This document shows positions 60,371 through 64,000 of a DNA stretch of 64,000 bases, in pieces (the stretch's first letter is position 1; the number at the start of each line of letters is the position of its first letter). Origin of the DNA: Mustelus asterias (taxonomy: Eukaryota). The DNA is taken from positions 124,001 to 188,000 of the forward strand of contig NW_027590123.1 in NCBI RefSeq assembly GCF_964213995.1. Reading direction: 5' to 3'. The translations under genes were made by a program, and so were the position numbers. The notes under the pieces were generated by a model. It was not told where the DNA came from and made no database searches. It saw only the letters and a list, made by a program, of their open reading frames with translations.

Positions 60371-61124
60371 CTTCCAGAGGAGATTTGTATTAAATGAAAC
60401 ATAGAGAGAAGAGGAGACGCTGCTTTCTTTAATGTCATCCACAATTGAAGACAAGCCTCTGCCTTTCAATGCATGAGGCTCAAAGAGCACAGACAGAGGT
60501 CACTCAGCCCATTGTGCTCCTGCCAGCTATTGCAACTATCTAGTTTCATCATTCATATGTTTTGGAAAATAACGTTTAGGTCGGAGATTGGAATTCTTTT
60601 AAATGAAGAGACATGGAAACTGGTAAACACACCTCTGATGTAAATGCATGGGAAACAGGCCTGTGTTAATTAAAGTTAAGAGGCAGCCTTTGTTGATTCA
60701 ACAAGTCAGAGCTGATGGTGAGGACACGTAAACAATGAATGACCCCTCATGACTTTTTCTTTGCCTCACAGGAGGTTTGCAGGCAGCTTGGTCAATCAGC
60801 AGGAACTGTGGGACCAGGAGCTGTGAACCAGCTGTGAAACTAGAAGCCAAGAGGGTCATTAGGAACCAGGGGTGTTCCCAATGTTTAAATCCCTCAACAA
60901 GAAGGCAGTGAAGCCCATGCTTAAACTGAGGAGTCCACAGTTTTGAGATCTCAATGGAAAGGTTGACTTTTTTTTAGCCAAAAACCAATAGCAGCTCCCC
61001 TGTAAGATCTTGGAGCTTGGAGAATATCTGGAAAACTGAGGATAATTAAATTGAATTCTGGGAGCTTTGGCATACCTTCAGGATGGTCCCAGGAACAGAA
61101 GTGAATGAACCTTAAAGATATTAG

Positions 61125-61897
61125 CAGGACTTACTCAGTTAATGGTAGGGCGTTGGGGAGAGTTATAAAAAAAGAGAGATCTAGGGGTACATGTTCATTG
61201 CTCCTTGAAAGTGGAGTCACAGGTGGACAGAGTGGTGAAGAAGGCATTCGGCATGCTTAGTTTCATCAGTCAGAACATTGAATACAGGAGTTGGGACGTC
61301 TTGTTGAAGTTGTACAAGACATTGATAAGGCCACACTTGGAATAGGGTGACCAGAACTGTGTACAGTTCTGGTCACCCTATTATAGAAAGGACATTATTA
61401 AACTAGAAAGAGTGCAGAAAAGATTTACTAGGATGCTTCCAGGACTTGATGGATTGAGTTATAAGGAGAGGCTGGATAGACTGGGACTTTTTTCTCTGGA
61501 GTGTAGAAGGCTGAGGGGTGATCTTATAGAGGTCTATAAAATAATGAAGGGCATAGATCAGCTAGATTGTCAATATCTTTTCCCAAAGGTCGGGGAGTCT
61601 AAAACTAGAGGGCATACGTTTAAGGTGAGAGGGGAGAGATACAGAAGTTTCCAGAGGGGCAATTTTTTCACACAGAGGGTGGTGAGTGTCTGGAACAAGC
61701 TGCCAGAGGTAGTAGTAGAGGCGGGAAACTTTGTCTTTTAAAAAGCATTTAGACAGTTACATGGGTAAGATGGGTATAGAGAGAGATGGGCCAAATGCGG
61801 GCAATTGGGACTAGCTTCGGAGTTTTAAAAAAAAGGGCGGTTATGGACAAGTTGGGCCGAAGGGCCTGTTTCCATGCTGTAAACCTCTATGACTATA
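61125..61897 (+). mobile_element. CR1 LINE 3' fragment
   Basis: RFTRMLPGL...RRLRGDLIEVYK...FFTQRVV. Confidence 0.85.
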
Positions 61898-62489
61898 TTA
61901 AATACAAGGGAACTCTGGTTGGTGGCAAGATTTAAAATGTAGAACTGGGTTCATACCATAAATCTTTATAAACTAAAGTGCTGGTTTTTAATATTGTTTT
62001 ATAAATAAATTTTGGTCTTGTTTAAAAATGTGGAATCTTGGAGCATAATTCTTTGTTAATCACTGGCTATTTGAATTTCTCAATCGTTAACAATCCAGAC
62101 TGGTGTCATCACAATACACAGCAACATATTTCACAATGAATCGAAGAAAAAATATGATTTTCCTTATTTTGTACAAAGTGTTACATGACAAGACAGCCTC
62201 TTCTAGGATCCCCACTTAATTTCTCAATTTAAGCACTTCTTTTCATGAAACAATCTGATAATTGATTATGAAAAATGGAACAAATTGTATCCCTACTAAA
62301 GCAGGAAGTCCATCGCCCGGCACAGAGGGTAATTAGGGATTTCTGCCATGGACCAATTGACAGGGATTCTACCCTCCAACCATCTGAAGTGAATTCTTTC
62401 CCTGAATCGTCCAGGCCAGTGCAGTTATCAACTTGTAGTTTGGCTGATCAGCTGAGATTTTCTGCAGCATTTCATCGGTCACCGTGTGA

Positions 62490-63030
62490 TTCCTTTCAGA
62501 GCCCATCACTGAAAGGACTTTCAGCTGCCGTGTTCATGACCAGAATACTCATGTTTTCACACACGTCTCCAAACTCATCATTAACAAATTCCCCTTCATT
62601 ATCAGTCAGAAACTTAGCTGGTGCCCCAGGTCCAGTCCCTATCCATTTCTCCATGACTTTGTCTCGAATCACCCTTTTGTCCTTGACATGGGGCGACACG
62701 GGAGCACAGTGGTTAATACTGCTGATTCACAGTGCCAATGGCCTGGGTTCGATTCCCGGCTTGGGTCACTGTCTGTGTGGAGTTTGCACGTTCTCCCTGT
62801 GTCTGCGCGGGTTTCCTCCGGCTGCTCTGTTTTACTCCCACATTCTTAAAGACGTGTTGGTTAGGTGCGTTAACCCGAACAGGTGCCAGACTGTGGCAAC
62901 TAGGGGACTTTCACAGTAACTTCATTGCAGTGTTAATGTAAGCCTTGCTTGTGACTAATAAATAAACTTTAAAACTTTAAGCGTATTATTGGAGAAAGAC
63001 TAAATCGAGTTACCATGTCTTTAAGGTTCT
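62490..63030 (-). mobile_element. LTR-retrotransposon integrase core relic (Copia-like), split by a SINE
   Basis: DMVTRFS / WIGTGPGAPAKFLTDNEGEF...TAAESPFSDG. Confidence 0.6.
62690..62980 (+). mobile_element. V-SINE with an alternative tail
   Basis: tRNA head and V-domain, with a tail ending AATAAATAAACTTT. Confidence 0.75.
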
Positions 63031-63626
63031 GAATAAAAATATTTCTTGTCTTTGTCTTGTACCTTTAGACCCACTGCAACTTCCTCATGAGCTAAAGGAA
63101 GGATGTAATGGTAGCCTCCGATACCTTTCACACATTCCACACTTTGCGCTAATCTGTCCAAGAGCCTCATGTACTCTTCATCATCACCCTGCTTCTTTTA
63201 GCAGGATTTTTAATCTTTTTTAAAAATGGGCGAGTAGTTGGTTGTGCAGTTTTAAGACAATTTGCATTTTTTCCTCTGGTTCTTTTCACCTGAAGAATTA
63301 ACAACCCTTTCTAATTGGAGATAGAAATCAGTGGAACCTCTCAGCCACTGAATTGTAGATTTTGCATCAGAGATCAATTAAGCATTGATGGAAAAGTTCA
63401 TAATTTTATTGTGAACAAGTTCCTGTTGAGAGTTCTTGAATTATGTGTGAAGATCACAGATGGTGCATTTAAAAAGGGACACTGCAGCCCAAAGGTCAAT
63501 GACATCTCCAGAATATTAAACTCCAGACTGTTATGTGGTTTGTTGATATCCACAGAAACAAACCAAATATTGTCAGACTGTCAGTCCAGGAACAGCAACA
63601 ATAACAGCAGAATCTAACCTCTGGAT

Positions 63627-64000
63627 TCACTTATGAATGTGCTGGTGTGTCAGCAGGTGGGATGACCGTGTGAATGCCTTTCCACACTCAGAGCAGATGA
63701 ATGGCCTTTCCCCAGTGTGAACTTGCTGATGTGCTTTGAGGTCAGATGACTGCCTGAACCTCTTTCCACAGGAAGTACAGCTGAATGGTTTCTCCTCAGT
63801 GTGAACTCGCTGGTGTCTTAGAAGGTGGGATGACCGAGTGAATCCCTTCCTACACACAGAGCAGATGAATGGCCTCTCCCCAGTGTGAATTTGCTGGTGT
63901 TCATCGAGCTCAGATGACTGCCTGAACCTCTTTCCACAGGAAGTACAACTGAATGCCTTCTCCACAGTGTGAATTCTCTGGTGTGTGCAAAGTCCCGAAG
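63627..64000 (-). CDS. C2H2 zinc-finger protein ZNF-11, 3' part (continues beyond the window)
   Basis: 4 complete fingers plus a partial one; the frame stays open to the window edge; HK-TGA followed by the shared 3' module. Confidence 0.85.
   Translation of the reverse strand, partial: SGLCTHQRIHTVEKAFSCTSCGKRFRQSSELDEHQQIHTGERPFICSVCRKGFTRSSHLLRHQRVHTEEKPFSCTSCGKRFRQSSDLKAHQQVHTGERPFICSECGKAFTRSSHLLTHQHIHK

Overview
Vertebrate genomic DNA, very probably from a shark or ray (V-domain/HE1-type and Deu-type SINEs, abundant CR1 LINEs). The window is part of a tandem cluster of C2H2 zinc-finger (ZNF) genes. There are 11 arrays of about 4-17 fingers, each encoded in one exon with no visible KRAB/SCAN/BTB domain: 6 look intact, 1 lacks an AUG, 3 are damaged and 1 runs off the window end. 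The genes are built from reusable modules. CpG-rich, apparently bidirectional promoters carry CCAAT, GC-box, YY1 and NRF1 motifs and an unexplained TGGAGGACC-N11/14-GGTCCTCCA dyad, and drive head-to-head gene pairs. A 19-codon micro-ORF lies upstream of several genes. A shared splice acceptor leads into a 5' leader made of fossil zinc fingers, in which a TGEKP linker has become a Kozak start (CACCATGG). A shared 3' module follows the stop. One promoter carries a 28-bp minisatellite with 9 perfect CRE palindromes. Intergenic DNA is dense in TEs: CR1, L2, Rex1/Babar, Tx1, Penelope pieces with minimal hammerhead ribozymes, LTR-integrase relics, a solo LTR and SINEs. TE family names come from motif recognition only, and TE boundaries are approximate.
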